Positions 16,794 to 27,303 of a stretch of 32,000 nucleotides of DNA are shown piece after piece (positions within the stretch are counted from its first letter, which is position 1; every line of letters begins with the position of its first letter). The notes beneath the pieces are model-generated. The model saw only the letters and a program-made list of their open reading frames with translations. It searched no databases and was not told the origin of the DNA. The stretch is from Psychrobacter cryohalolentis K5. Its GTDB lineage: Bacteria; Pseudomonadota; Gammaproteobacteria; Pseudomonadales; Moraxellaceae. The position numbers were made by a program, and so were the translations under genes. The stretch covers positions 1,170,001 to 1,202,000 of the forward strand of contig NC_007969.1 of the NCBI RefSeq assembly GCF_000013905.1, in the 5' to 3' direction.

Positions 16794-16805
16794 TTTAGAC
16801 GCACA

Positions 16806-16833
16806 ATGATACCTGATTTTTATATATTTTCAA
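16806..16833 (-). promoter_or_regulatory. Candidate sigma70 promoter for the tRNA
   Basis: Minus strand: TTGAAA (16828-16833), 16-nt spacer, TATCAT (16806-16811). The tRNA 5' end is 13 nt downstream of the -10 element. Confidence 0.35.
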
Positions 16834-16875
16834 GTAAAAGTTAGCAGATAGGGCATACTATTTAATGAATTATCA

Positions 16876-17679
16876 CTAATTACCACCAGCCAGCGTCAAA
16901 CTTCGGCCTCCATCTACGGTTATTATTTCACCCGTCACATAACTGGCATTCGCCAAATAGAGCACGCTATGCGCAATGTCAGCAGGGATACCTATTCGCT
17001 GCATAGGAATGGAACCTATAATCTTACTTTGCTGTTGACTATCAAGCGCTTGATCGCTATCTGTATTGGGTAAAATATTGACCCCAGGCGCGACCCCATT
17101 AACGCGTACATCAGGCGCCATATCCAGTGCTAAAGACTGCACCATCATCCGATGGGCCGCTTTTGCCATATTGTAAACCGTATAATTGGCGAACGGCTTA
17201 TCCTGTGCATGAATATCGAGCAAACTAATAATACAACCTTGTTGTTGCTTAAGATAAGGTAGTAGTGCTTGGCTTAACAACAAAGGCGCTTTGGCATTGG
17301 TCAACAGCAGCTCATCCCACTGGTCATAATTAATACTGCCAAGGGGAGTAGAGTAAAAGCGAGAGGCATTATGTACCAGTACGTTTAGTTGCCCAAATGC
17401 CTGCATGATAGTTTGGGTCAGGTGCTTGAGAGTGTCTGCCTGATTTACCACTGCCAAATCCGCGACAATAACCACAGCACTATGAGCGCAAGTATCATTC
17501 AGCACGTCTGCTAATGCATGTGCCTCTTGCTCACTATGATGACAATGGATAATGACGCGATAGCCTTGCTTGTGAGCCGCACGAACAATTGCAGCACCGA
17601 TACGCTTAGCGCTACCAGTCACAAGCATAACAGGGGCATGAGTATCAATTGGCTGAGAAGTTTTAGTTTTTTGATTCAT
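16876..17679 (-). CDS. folM: SDR-family pteridine reductase / dihydromonapterin reductase (FolM-like)
   Basis: 267 aa. It has TGSAKRIG (the TGxxxRIG variant typical of FolM/PTR1), HNAS, the YxxxK motif YNMAKAA, and VNGVAPG. Confidence 0.75.
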   Translation of the reverse strand: MNQKTKTSQPIDTHAPVMLVTGSAKRIGAAIVRAAHKQGYRVIIHCHHSEQEAHALADVLNDTCAHSAVVIVADLAVVNQADTLKHLTQTIMQAFGQLNVLVHNASRFYSTPLGSINYDQWDELLLTNAKAPLLLSQALLPYLKQQQGCIISLLDIHAQDKPFANYTVYNMAKAAHRMMVQSLALDMAPDVRVNGVAPGVNILPNTDSDQALDSQQQSKIIGSIPMQRIGIPADIAHSVLYLANASYVTGEIITVDGGRSLTLAGGN

Positions 17680-17739
17680 AGTAGCATTTTAATCAGGATA
17701 TATTTTTAAGTTTTAAAAGGTCATTTACTCTATTTTTAG

Positions 17740-18912
17740 TCAGGCTGTTTGCGTTTGTAAATGCTCAATTCTGCATTGACGCAAGGCTTTACCAATCGCT
17801 GGACCTTTGAGACTTTGATCAATATCATTCATACCAATACTGTGAAAGCTATTTAATGCCAACATCATCTGACGGTGCTGTATAGATAACTGCAATACTT
17901 GGCTTGTGACCAAGAGCTGCGAGAGTTTTTCAGGCTCTTTATGGGCGCTGCAGGCTTGAATAAGATCAATTTTCTCGGCAGCACTGAGTTGGGTTATAAC
18001 GCTTAATTTATCAGCTTGTTGTACGAACAAACTAGCAAATTGTGTTTGTGCCTTTGGTACTTTAGCCATATTACCTATATCGTTAATACTTTTGACCGCT
18101 GTTATGGCTTCAGTATGTTTGTTCTGAAATAATGATGGCTTAAGGCTAACCATTACTAGCGCCCAACGCTGCGATAGATTCAAGTGCATCTGACCGGCGA
18201 AATATAGCGATGTTTGCACTGTCTCTCGTAGCTGATCATCATTCCAAGCCTGATGTAACGGTGCAAAGTACTCTGCAAGGGCGCCGATATCAAATAGCTG
18301 TTGCCAGTATACCTGAGGGGAGAGCTGCATCATTGCACGGCTCGATTCTTGCCAAATACGCTCGCTACTTAAATGGGTAAGCTCTCCTGAAGCAACCAAC
18401 TCACGCATCAAAACTAACGTGTCATCAGCAATAGTAAAGCCCAAATCGTAATAGCGGCTATAAAAGCGCGCCGTTCTCAGCACCCGTAAAGGGTCTTCGT
18501 TAAAGGCACTTGAGACATGACGTAGGGTTTTATTTTCAATATCCTGCAATCCGCCGTAGTAATCAATCACGTCACCACTTATCGGTGTATCGTCGGTTAA
18601 GCTAGTAACCTCTATGGCCATGGCATTGATCGTCAAGTCGCGCCGCTGCAAATCGTCTTTTAAACTAACGTCAATACTGGCATGCACGCTAAAGCCCTGA
18701 TAGCCCAGACCTTGCTTACGCTCAGTTCGTGCGAGAGCATATTCCTCACGGTTCACCGGATGCAAAAATACAGGGAAATCTGCACCTACTTGCTGAAAAC
18801 CTGCTTCAAGCATCTCAGTAACTGTTGCCCCAACGACAACGAAGTCTTTATCTTTAATAGGGCGCCCTAATAGCTGATCACGTACTGCACCGCCGACGAG
18901 ATACACTTGCAT
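17740..18912 (-). CDS. cca: CCA-adding tRNA nucleotidyltransferase
   Basis: MQVYLVGGAVRDQLLGRPIKDKDFVVVG, RRDLTINAMA, EDPLRVLRTARF. Preferred start is ATG 18910-18912 (AAAGAG upstream). The track start TTG 18957 lies inside the maeB terminator T-run. Confidence 0.9.
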   Translation of the reverse strand: MQVYLVGGAVRDQLLGRPIKDKDFVVVGATVTEMLEAGFQQVGADFPVFLHPVNREEYALARTERKQGLGYQGFSVHASIDVSLKDDLQRRDLTINAMAIEVTSLTDDTPISGDVIDYYGGLQDIENKTLRHVSSAFNEDPLRVLRTARFYSRYYDLGFTIADDTLVLMRELVASGELTHLSSERIWQESSRAMMQLSPQVYWQQLFDIGALAEYFAPLHQAWNDDQLRETVQTSLYFAGQMHLNLSQRWALVMVSLKPSLFQNKHTEAITAVKSINDIGNMAKVPKAQTQFASLFVQQADKLSVITQLSAAEKIDLIQACSAHKEPEKLSQLLVTSQVLQLSIQHRQMMLALNSFHSIGMNDIDQSLKGPAIGKALRQCRIEHLQTQTA

Positions 18913-18955
18913 AATATTCTCTTTATATTTACTACCAATTAACCTAAATTTTTTC

Positions 18956-18990
18956 AAAAAAAACCAGCCAATACTTTAAGCATTGGCTGG
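18956..18990 (-). terminator. Rho-independent terminator after maeB
   Basis: 9-bp stem ccagccaat (18964-18972) / attggctgg (18982-18990). On the minus strand it is followed by an 8-T run (plus-strand A-run 18956-18963). A second hairpin acggtctct/agagaccgt lies at 19005-19034. Confidence 0.75.
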
Positions 18991-19065
18991 TTTTAGTATA
19001 GCAGACGGTCTCTATAAAAAATGCAAGAGACCGTGTAAATTGCGCACTTTACAGAGCATAATCAA

Positions 19066-21399
19066 TTACTGTTTCTCGTTGTCTAAATCCTGAGCTTCAG
19101 TGACCGCAAGTGCCGTCATATTAACCACACGGCGCGCTGTGGCTGATGGCGTTAGAATATGTACAGGTTTGCTTGCACCTAACAAAATAGGACCGATAGA
19201 CGCGCTACCGGTTGCTGTCTTAAGCAGGTTAAAGGCAATGTTCGACGCATCTAACGTTGGCAAGATAAGTAGATTTGCTGAACCTTTAAGGTTGCTCGAA
19301 GGCAAGTCATTGGCACGGATATGTTCGTCAAGTGCAGCATCACCTTGCATTTCACCGTCAAACTCAAAATCGACATTCATCTCGGTCAGCAGTTGATGTA
19401 CTTTACGCATTTTGACAGCACTGGCACGATCAGAAGTTCCGAAGTTTGAATGCGACACCAAAGCCACACGTGGGGTAATGCTAAAGCGGCACAATTGCTC
19501 AGCTGCCAATACAGTCATCTCAGCCAATTGCTCAGCCGTTGGATCTTCATGGATATAGGTATCAGCAATAAAAATATTACGATCCTGCATAAGCACCGCA
19601 TTCATCGCATAAAAATCATTAATACCTTCTTTTTTGTTGATTACTCCGCCAACATATTTTAAATGCAGCTGATAGTGACCGAATGTACCACAAATCATAC
19701 CATCGGCATCGCCATTTTCAACCAAAAGAGCACCAATTAAAGAGGTCTTGCGGCGCACATCACGGCGAGCAAGCTCGATACTGACCCCAGTACGTTTGTT
19801 TTTCTCGTAGTAGCCTTTCCAGTAATCGTTATAGCGCGGATCATCATCAACATTGACAATAGTAATGTTCACGCCGTCTTTCAAGCGTAATGCTAGCTTG
19901 GCGATGTTATTTTCGATCACTGAGGGACGACCGACCAAGATTGGATAAGCCAACTGCTCATCGACGACCACTTGTACCGCTAATAGTACGTTGCTGTCTT
20001 CGCCTTCACAGTAAACGATACGTTTTGGATCTGCTTTTGCACGAGCAAAAATAGGCTTCATTACAAACGCTGAGTTATAGACAAACTCAGACAGACGCTG
20101 ACGATAGGCTTTCATATCTGCGATAGGAAGCGTTGCAACGCCTGAATCCATAGCCGCTTTTGCGACTGCAGAGGCGATTTCAATGATTAGGTTTGGCTCA
20201 AGTGGTCCTGGGATCAGGTAATCACGACCAAAGCTTGGCGTACTTTCAACGTTTTTGACGTTGCTCATTGGCGTCGCTTCAACATGTGCCATGGCAGCAA
20301 TGGCGCGTACGCATGCAATTTTCATTTCTTCGTTGACAGTCGTTGCGCCTACATCTAATGCACCGCGGAAGATATAAGGGAAACACAATGCGTTGTTTAC
20401 TTGGTTCGGATAATCAGAGCGACCGGTTGCCATAATAACGTCTGGACGGACGGCATGGGCGATTTCTGGCATGATCTCAGGCGTTGGGTTAGCAAGCGCA
20501 AAGATGATAGGGTCTTTTGCCATACGGCGAACCATGTCTTCTGTCAATGTACCCGGCATAGATAAGCCTAGGAACATGTCGACATCATCCATCAGCTCTT
20601 CAATAGTCGTAGCAGTGGTTTCACGAGCATAGCGCTGTTTGGTTTCATCAAGGTTTTCACGGGTAGTAGAGATAATGCCACGTGAGTCTGATACGTAGAT
20701 ATTGTTTTTATTCACACCAAGGGCACAAATGATATCCAAGCAAGAAATCGCTGCAGCACCGGCACCAGAACAAATGATTTTAATATCTTCAATTTTTTTG
20801 TTCGTGATGATTAATGCATTAAGCATCGCCGCCGCAACAATGATTGACGTGCCATGTTGGTCATCATGGAATACTGGAATGTTCATACGCTTACGCAGTT
20901 CGCGCTCGATTTTGAAACACTCTGGTGCTTTGATGTCTTCTAAATTAATCCCACCAAACGTAGGCTCTAAAGAAGCAACAGCCTCAATGAATTTGTCCGG
21001 ATCGTTTTGTGCAATTTCAATATCAAAAACGTCGATACCAGCGAACTTTTTGAATAGAACCCCTTTGCCTTCCATAACAGGCTTTGATGCCAATGGACCG
21101 ATATTTCCCAAACCTAACACCGCTGTACCATTGGTAATAACACCAACTAAGTTGCTACGTGCGGTATATTTTGCCGCAAGAGATGGGTCTCTTTGAATCT
21201 CAAGACAAGGTACTGCCACGCCTGGTGAATAGGCGAGCGCCAGATCACGTTGGTTTGCCAATTGCTTGATAGGAGTAACTGAGATTTTACCAGGGCGAGG
21301 GAACTCATGGTAATGTAAGGCAGCTTGTTCAAACTGCTCTTTTTCCGTACTAGGGGTGTCCGTATTCAAAGTGATATCGTCATTCATAATAATTGCCAT
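19066..21399 (-). CDS. maeB: NADP-dependent malic enzyme (malic enzyme domain plus C-terminal PTA-like domain)
   Basis: 777 aa. [63 protein letters not shown], followed by a ~330-aa phosphate-acetyltransferase-like C-terminus. This is the same architecture as E. coli MaeB. Confidence 0.95.
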   Translation of the reverse strand: MAIIMNDDITLNTDTPSTEKEQFEQAALHYHEFPRPGKISVTPIKQLANQRDLALAYSPGVAVPCLEIQRDPSLAAKYTARSNLVGVITNGTAVLGLGNIGPLASKPVMEGKGVLFKKFAGIDVFDIEIAQNDPDKFIEAVASLEPTFGGINLEDIKAPECFKIERELRKRMNIPVFHDDQHGTSIIVAAAMLNALIITNKKIEDIKIICSGAGAAAISCLDIICALGVNKNNIYVSDSRGIISTTRENLDETKQRYARETTATTIEELMDDVDMFLGLSMPGTLTEDMVRRMAKDPIIFALANPTPEIMPEIAHAVRPDVIMATGRSDYPNQVNNALCFPYIFRGALDVGATTVNEEMKIACVRAIAAMAHVEATPMSNVKNVESTPSFGRDYLIPGPLEPNLIIEIASAVAKAAMDSGVATLPIADMKAYRQRLSEFVYNSAFVMKPIFARAKADPKRIVYCEGEDSNVLLAVQVVVDEQLAYPILVGRPSVIENNIAKLALRLKDGVNITIVNVDDDPRYNDYWKGYYEKNKRTGVSIELARRDVRRKTSLIGALLVENGDADGMICGTFGHYQLHLKYVGGVINKKEGINDFYAMNAVLMQDRNIFIADTYIHEDPTAEQLAEMTVLAAEQLCRFSITPRVALVSHSNFGTSDRASAVKMRKVHQLLTEMNVDFEFDGEMQGDAALDEHIRANDLPSSNLKGSANLLILPTLDASNIAFNLLKTATGSASIGPILLGASKPVHILTPSATARRVVNMTALAVTEAQDLDNEKQ

Positions 21400-21716
21400 G
21401 GTTAGGATAAATTGGAATAAATTAAATGGTGATAAAAACTAATGCCTAATTCTCAATAACCATTGAATATGATCATGAGTGTACATTGATTGTTAAAGGG
21501 TACTATGCGGCGCTTAAATATCAGCAAAAAACAACAATAGCGCAAAATAGATAGTCTACATTATCGCCAATAATTTGCCTAGCTAAGGACTATGAACTGC
21601 GCACACAATATAATAAATTGATATTCATTATTTAGCTAGTTGATAATGCCAAAAAAATGACCCAAATATCAACCCTAAATGCAAAATATTTCAAAATATT
21701 ACAGAATAAATATATA

Positions 21717-23183
21717 TTAAGATGAACAGCTGATTGGCATTTGCGGTGCATGAGGCGCAGGCGGTAAGGTATCAAGGTCAATGGCGCTATCATGTAGCGT
21801 GTAAGGGCTAGCAAGCAACTCGAATACTCTATTTAGTTCTTTAAACTGTCCTTGCTCTGCGGCAACGATAACACGCTGAGCCATGCTGTTACGCAATACA
21901 TAAATAGGATTGCTGGCTTGCATATCCTCAATTGCTTGAGTAATCGATACCTGCTTTACTTGTGCCAGATAACGGATCGACCATGCTTGCCAGACTTGCT
22001 GTGCTTCAGGATTCAGCTCGGCCGTCAGGGTTGCAAGCAACTGCTGCTCATAATGATGCTCATCCGGTGCGATTAATCCTAATAACGCTCGGAAACTATT
22101 GGTATAGTCGAGTAAACTATCCTCTAGCAGTGTCAACCATTCAAACGCTAAGCTTAAACTTTCACGCTGATGTGGCAACCCAAGCTTACGGCATAGCCCT
22201 TGCTGATAATGCTGCATAAAGGTCGCCTCATAAGGCGCTAGACAATCTGCTAACGTCTCGCGCGTCACACCGTCTAGACGCATAAAGTGCGGTAACCAAA
22301 TATTTAGATTCCAATGACCAATAGCAGGTTGATTTTGATAAGCGTAGCGTCCGCTATGATCAGAGTGATTGTTGATCCAAGCAGGGTTAAAGCGTTCCAT
22401 AAAACCAAATGGACCAAAATCTAGAGTACTGCCGGTAATAGACAAGTTATCAGTATTCATAACACCATGCGCAAATCCAATCAGTTGCCAATCAGCTATC
22501 ATCCGTGCAGTACATTCAACCACCGCCTGCAAAAATGCTAAGACTGGCGTGTCACTATCACGGCACTCTGGATAATAAGTATCAATCATATAATCGGTAA
22601 ATTCAGCGAGTAAGTCGGGCGCAAAGCTGGCAATCCACTCAATATGACCTAAGCGAATATGACTGTCAGCGACGCGCATTAAAGCCGCTCCTGCTTCTAT
22701 TCGTTCGCGGCGCACTTTGGTATCTGATACCACAAATCCCAAGGCATTAGATGAGGCAATACCAAGCTGAGTGAGCGCATGACCACATAAATACTCACGA
22801 ATGGTACTGCGTAATACTGCACGCCCATCGCCCATGCGTGAGTAGGGCGTCAAGCCTGCACCCTTTAGATGTAAATCTTGTAATTGATTGTTTTTATCGA
22901 GTACTTGCGCCATCAATAAGCCGCGACCATCGCCCAATTGCCCCGCCCATTGCCCAAACTGGTGACCGGCATACGCCATTGATAAAGGCTGAAATTCAGC
23001 TGGCACATACTGTCCGCCAAGTATTTCAACCCAACGATTCATCAAATCTGTATCTTCCGTCCAGCCCAGCTGCTCAGCAACTTGAATATTAAAATGACCG
23101 ACACGAGGATTGTCTAATGGGTTTGGCAGTTGCTCATTATAAAGACGGGTGTCCAATTGAGCATAGGTGTTTTGATAGCGCAT
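21717..23183 (-). CDS. selO: Protein adenylyltransferase SelO (YdiU/UPF0061 family)
   Basis: 488 aa. YAGHQFGQWAGQLGDGRG, KGAGLTPYSRMGDGRAVLRSTIREYL, HGVMNTDNLSITG.TLDFGPFGF. Confidence 0.9.
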   Translation of the reverse strand: MRYQNTYAQLDTRLYNEQLPNPLDNPRVGHFNIQVAEQLGWTEDTDLMNRWVEILGGQYVPAEFQPLSMAYAGHQFGQWAGQLGDGRGLLMAQVLDKNNQLQDLHLKGAGLTPYSRMGDGRAVLRSTIREYLCGHALTQLGIASSNALGFVVSDTKVRRERIEAGAALMRVADSHIRLGHIEWIASFAPDLLAEFTDYMIDTYYPECRDSDTPVLAFLQAVVECTARMIADWQLIGFAHGVMNTDNLSITGSTLDFGPFGFMERFNPAWINNHSDHSGRYAYQNQPAIGHWNLNIWLPHFMRLDGVTRETLADCLAPYEATFMQHYQQGLCRKLGLPHQRESLSLAFEWLTLLEDSLLDYTNSFRALLGLIAPDEHHYEQQLLATLTAELNPEAQQVWQAWSIRYLAQVKQVSITQAIEDMQASNPIYVLRNSMAQRVIVAAEQGQFKELNRVFELLASPYTLHDSAIDLDTLPPAPHAPQMPISCSS

Positions 23184-23374
23184 AAGAGCTGTTCCAATTT
23201 AAAGATAAAAGCTGGGAGAGGAGATTTAAGATATGAATAGAATAAACTCACTATAACATAGCCTTGATATAGCAGCATTGCACTCTGTCCGTCTCTTGTA
23301 AATCATGATTAATTATCACATCATTGTTTATCACACTATTATTTATTAATAGACATGATACTTAATACCGCACG

Positions 23375-23407
23375 AAAAAATCCCCCTATCTTTTACAGAT
23401 AGAGGGA
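23375..23407 (-). terminator. Rho-independent terminator after the desaturase gene
   Basis: 11-bp stem with one mismatch, tccccctatct (23381-23391) / agatagaggga (23397-23407), and a 5-nt loop. A T-run follows on the minus strand (plus-strand A-run 23375-23380). Confidence 0.7.
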
Positions 23408-23456
23408 AGGAGAAACGTCACAATAAAATACTAAATAATCAAACAGTGATCAATGC

Positions 23457-24860
23457 TTAAGCCGCTTTTGCGCTTTCGCCAATAGAGCGAAATGCTGTTT
23501 TTAGGTTGCTGTTATGCGCCAATATTTTTTGTTCAATCTTGGCATAATCTTGCTTTAACTCATCTTCAACTTCATGCAAGCGATCAGCAAACTCGGTCTT
23601 TTTCAGCTCAATGGTTTTTGCTTTTAATGCTTGCCATTCTTCAACCGTTTGCGTAAAGGCATCATATTCAAACTTAATACGATCTTGGAAGCTTTTCATG
23701 GCATGAGGAATATCAATACCACTTGATGTGACCGTATCAATCTGCTGCTGCGCTGCTTTAAATTGCATTTGTACTTCAGCATGCTTGATAGTGGTGTCAT
23801 CAACAGTACGTAACTCAGTAGTCAAACCTAGCTTCGATAAACCAGCGATGAGCCATTTGGTTGGATCATACTGCCACCATTTTACGCCATTACGATAATC
23901 GTACTGGAAGAAGTGATGATAGTTATGATAACCCTCACCCCACGTAAATAGAGCCAAGAAGAAGTTATCACGTGCAGTGTTGGTATCGGTATAAGGACGC
24001 GACCCAAACATATGACATAGCGAATTGATAAAGAAGGTAAAGTGATGCGTCAGTACCAGACGTAGCAAACCGACGATGACCAAAGTACCCCAAACATCAC
24101 CCAATAACCAACCGATCGCGGCGACTGCACCGATGTTCAATGCAGCGACCCATAAACCGTAATATTTATGCTGAATTTGCAGCGTTCTATCTTTGGTCAG
24201 GTCAGGGATATTTTTATAGTCAAATTTTCCGCTAGGATAATTGCGTAGCATCCAGCCCATATGACTAAAGAAAAAGCCACGTTTCGCTGAGTACGGGTCT
24301 TCTAAGCGATCATCGACATGACGATGATGCGTACGGTGACCAGAAACCCAATCAAACGCTGAACCCTGTACCGCAAAGGTAGAACCTAGCAATAAAAAGT
24401 TTTTGACGATTGGATGCGCTTTATAAGCACGATGCGATAGTAAACGGTGATAACCTGCTGTGATACTGATACCCGTCCAAATCATAAACGCACCAAATAC
24501 GCCCCAAACCGGTGCGCTGACTTGATGGGTGAACAGATACCATGGCGTAATAATTGCTGCAGCAATAGGCGTGGCTACCAGAATAGTTGCTGGAATCCAG
24601 TTAATCGGTGCTTTGGTAAACTCAAATTCACGCATATCGATACTGTCTACATCGGTAGGCAGTTCAGTCTGCTCAGAGGCGCTTGCATAGTTGCGTTTGG
24701 CAACTGGCATCTCATCGAGTGAGTTTTTTGCTTTATTCTCATCAAAACGTGTTTTAAAACGTGTGACTTGAATGCTGGCATTTTTGACAAATGTGTCACC
24801 AGATTTGATAGCGAAACGTAAGCCTTTAAGCGGTAAGCCAAGTGCTTTTTTTGCAATCAT
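23457..24860 (-). CDS. Membrane acyl-CoA/acyl-lipid delta-9 fatty acid desaturase with N- and C-terminal extensions
   Basis: Three His boxes, HRLLSHR, HRTHHRH and HNYHHFF, in the stearoyl-CoA-desaturase arrangement. AGGGA lies 6 nt upstream of ATG 24858-24860. Confidence 0.9.
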   Translation of the reverse strand: MIAKKALGLPLKGLRFAIKSGDTFVKNASIQVTRFKTRFDENKAKNSLDEMPVAKRNYASASEQTELPTDVDSIDMREFEFTKAPINWIPATILVATPIAAAIITPWYLFTHQVSAPVWGVFGAFMIWTGISITAGYHRLLSHRAYKAHPIVKNFLLLGSTFAVQGSAFDWVSGHRTHHRHVDDRLEDPYSAKRGFFFSHMGWMLRNYPSGKFDYKNIPDLTKDRTLQIQHKYYGLWVAALNIGAVAAIGWLLGDVWGTLVIVGLLRLVLTHHFTFFINSLCHMFGSRPYTDTNTARDNFFLALFTWGEGYHNYHHFFQYDYRNGVKWWQYDPTKWLIAGLSKLGLTTELRTVDDTTIKHAEVQMQFKAAQQQIDTVTSSGIDIPHAMKSFQDRIKFEYDAFTQTVEEWQALKAKTIELKKTEFADRLHEVEDELKQDYAKIEQKILAHNSNLKTAFRSIGESAKAA

Positions 24861-25084
24861 ATAATATCCCTAACGGTATTAATTTAAGCGTCTATATTAC
24901 CTTAAATACTTAGTAAAGTGAACACTTATACACTATAAAAATATTGCTAAATAACAATAACTTGTATGGATTATAGTAGGTGTTATAGCAAATAAGCCGT
25001 GACTTATCAGCTATAAGGTAAAAATGTAAGTAAAACAATAAATATGTACACCACCAAAGCGACTTTAGAAATAGGAGTAATGCG

Positions 25085-25813
25085 TTAAGGCAGTAATAAA
25101 TAGCTTGGGTAATCTGTAATAATCACATCAACTTGCCAGTTTATAAGCTGCTTAATAGTCTCAATATCATTGACCGTCCATGCACTTACAGGTAAGTCAT
25201 AGCGATGACAATGCTGTATGACTTCACGATTCAAAAGCGGATAGTGGATACCTAATTGCTTACAGCCAAGTTGTAAGGCAGTATTGGGAGCCTGTTTCAG
25301 TAGTTTAGGCTCTCGAATAAGCAACCCACGTGGTATATGCCTCATGAAAGTACTGCGTTGTAAATAGGCATGCAGCTCAACATCAAAGCTGGTTAGCACA
25401 ATCGGTAGGCTAGCAAGGGGGCTATCAATGAGGTCACGCATCAAGGCTTTTACGAGTTTGGCATAATCAGTGCGACTATGGGTTTTAACCTCAAGCTCAA
25501 TATAAGTATAGGTATTTAGAGCAGAAGCAATGTCAGGCAACGTGATAATTGGCTGACCAAACTGATGATGACGCTGTATTTCGCTCACATTTAGCTGATC
25601 TAGACGCGACTGCTGCGCGCACATGCGCTCAAGCGTTTCATCATGAAAAACGATGAGCTGTCCATCTCGGCTAAGTTGTACATCGAACTCTACACCTGCT
25701 AAGCCAGAGCTTTGCAAATTTTGCGCATATTCAAAACCTGATAAGGTATTTTCTAATGTTTCACCGCGCGCGCCGCGATGACCAAGTAGCAAGGTGTTCT
25801 TAAGATCTATCAT
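25085..25813 (-). CDS. Glycerophosphodiester phosphodiesterase (GDPD/UgpQ family)
   Basis: 242 aa. LLGHRGARGETLENTL and EFDVQLSRDGQLIVFHDETLERM are the GDPD catalytic His/Glu/Asp blocks. Confidence 0.85.
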   Translation of the reverse strand: MIDLKNTLLLGHRGARGETLENTLSGFEYAQNLQSSGLAGVEFDVQLSRDGQLIVFHDETLERMCAQQSRLDQLNVSEIQRHHQFGQPIITLPDIASALNTYTYIELEVKTHSRTDYAKLVKALMRDLIDSPLASLPIVLTSFDVELHAYLQRSTFMRHIPRGLLIREPKLLKQAPNTALQLGCKQLGIHYPLLNREVIQHCHRYDLPVSAWTVNDIETIKQLINWQVDVIITDYPSYLLLP

Positions 25814-26062
25814 AACCAGTGACCGTCACATATTTTGAGCATTATAATGTAAATATTATATCGTCTGTTATTAACTGCATCCAAAGCTATCACGTATCAA
25901 AGCGTATTGAATAGAGCATTTATAAAAATCTTATGCTGATAAAACTTTCTGTCATCATCTTAATATTTGTTTAAGTAAATATATATTTGTAGCTTTTTTG
26001 CAACTAAAGCTAGATTTCGGACACAATGTTGAACGTTATTTGTACATCAGTAGGCTACATGG

Positions 26063-26091
26063 ATGACCATCTCCTGCAAACACCGTATAAT
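26063..26091 (+). promoter_or_regulatory. Candidate sigma70 promoter for the lipoprotein gene
   Basis: ATGACC (26063-26068), 17-nt spacer, TATAAT (26086-26091), about 120 nt upstream of ATG 26210. Confidence 0.3.
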
Positions 26092-26209
26092 AATGTGGTT
26101 TTCAAATCTATCGCAATGCCGGTTTCTGCTAGATTTGAGTTTTATAGTGTAAATGTCAAATACTGTCCGTGAGCGACGGTACGAATCAGTAAATTGGAGC
26201 AAAAGAGAT

Positions 26210-27187
26210 ATGAGCGTAGCAAATAAAAGTGTGAGCAAATGGTATAAAGTTGCTGGTATCGGCATGGTATGTGGTTTAGCGCTTGCTGGTTGTGATCGCT
26301 CAGAAAAAGACGATGCCGAAACGGTAGAAGTGACTGAGCAAGAAACACAGGTTAGTGAAAATGCTGCTGCCACGGCGGTGAGCTGTGATGATCCTATGGT
26401 CCAAGACCGCCTCAAATCCGCTTTGAAAAATACGCTCAATCAACAAGCCCAAACTTTAGCAGTCAGTTATGCCAACGATGCAGAGATTGGCTTAGGCAGC
26501 GGTGTGGTTTCTACTAAAGCAAACGGTATTATCATCGATATACAAAATGCCGCCGTGTTGCAAGCAACCAATGAAAATGGTCTGACTACCTGTCAGGCAA
26601 GCGTCAGCATGACTCTGCCAAGTGAAGACTTATATCAAGCCAGCCAAGTGCAGGCCGCTAATAATCAGCCAAGTTTGCAATCGCGCTTAGCCAATGACAA
26701 TATTCGTATCAATAACAATATGCTCATTGATGATGCTTTTACCTATGTTGTTGGTACGCAAGGCGGTCAAGTACGTACACGTATCGCAGGACAGCCAGCA
26801 TTATTAACAGTGGTATCAGAAGTGGTCGCCAGCTCAACGCTCCAGTCAGCAATGGAAGAGCAGCGCGCCCAACGTGGCACTCAGCAACCTGAACGCCGCC
26901 GTGAACCAGCACAGAATACACAGAGCAATAATAATACTAGCCAGCCAAGAGCGGTAACGCCAGCTGCGCCTGTGCGTCCAGCACAACCTGCTAAGCCACC
27001 AGTTGTTAATCAAAACAGTAGTCAAAATACAAAGACGCCAAGTAGCACTCCGTCAGCGCCAACACCTAGCACTACTGCGCCTAGTACAGTAACTCCTACA
27101 CCTGCTGCTCCAGAAGCACCAAAAGCAACGCCTAAAGATGAAAGCATTGATATGGTCATTATTGAAGATAAAGAAGCAACTTATTAA
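26210..27187 (+). CDS. Hypothetical lipoprotein with Pro/Thr/Ser/Gln-rich C-terminal tail
   Basis: Preferred start MSVANKSVSKWYKVAGIGMVCGLALAGC (lipobox LAGC). The C-terminal ~110 aa are low complexity (PAAPVRPAQPAKPP..TPSSTPSAPTPSTTAPSTVTPTPAAPEAPK). I recognise no family. Confidence 0.65.
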   Translation: MSVANKSVSKWYKVAGIGMVCGLALAGCDRSEKDDAETVEVTEQETQVSENAAATAVSCDDPMVQDRLKSALKNTLNQQAQTLAVSYANDAEIGLGSGVVSTKANGIIIDIQNAAVLQATNENGLTTCQASVSMTLPSEDLYQASQVQAANNQPSLQSRLANDNIRINNNMLIDDAFTYVVGTQGGQVRTRIAGQPALLTVVSEVVASSTLQSAMEEQRAQRGTQQPERRREPAQNTQSNNNTSQPRAVTPAAPVRPAQPAKPPVVNQNSSQNTKTPSSTPSAPTPSTTAPSTVTPTPAAPEAPKATPKDESIDMVIIEDKEATY

Positions 27188-27246
27188 TCTTATTGCTACT
27201 AAATATCGATAAGCATCGTTTCAATATTTCAATTCAGTCTTTCAAT

Positions 27247-27286
27247 AAAAAAACGCCTGCAACATATTTATTGCAGGCGTTTTTTT
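27247..27286. terminator. Bidirectional rho-independent terminator between convergent genes
   Basis: Perfect 11-bp stem aacgcctgcaa (27252-27262) / ttgcaggcgtt (27271-27281) with an 8-nt loop, flanked by an A-run (27247-27253) and a T-run (27280-27286). Confidence 0.85.
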
Positions 27287-27303
27287 ATGGTTCGTTAAAT
27301 GGC

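Noticed and set aside
19100-21332. Antisense and out-of-frame ORFs within maeB (98, 70, 164 and 61 aa)
   Set aside because: These are shadow ORFs of a gene with strong full-length malic-enzyme homology.
21632-23092. Small ORFs overlapping selO or its 3' flank
   Set aside because: No motifs or SD sequences. They are antisense to, or overlap, a well-supported gene.
26047-26439. 130-aa and 68-aa minus-strand ORFs overlapping the start of the lipoprotein gene
   Set aside because: They are antisense to an ORF with a clean lipoprotein signal peptide and candidate promoter, and have no coding-like features of their own.
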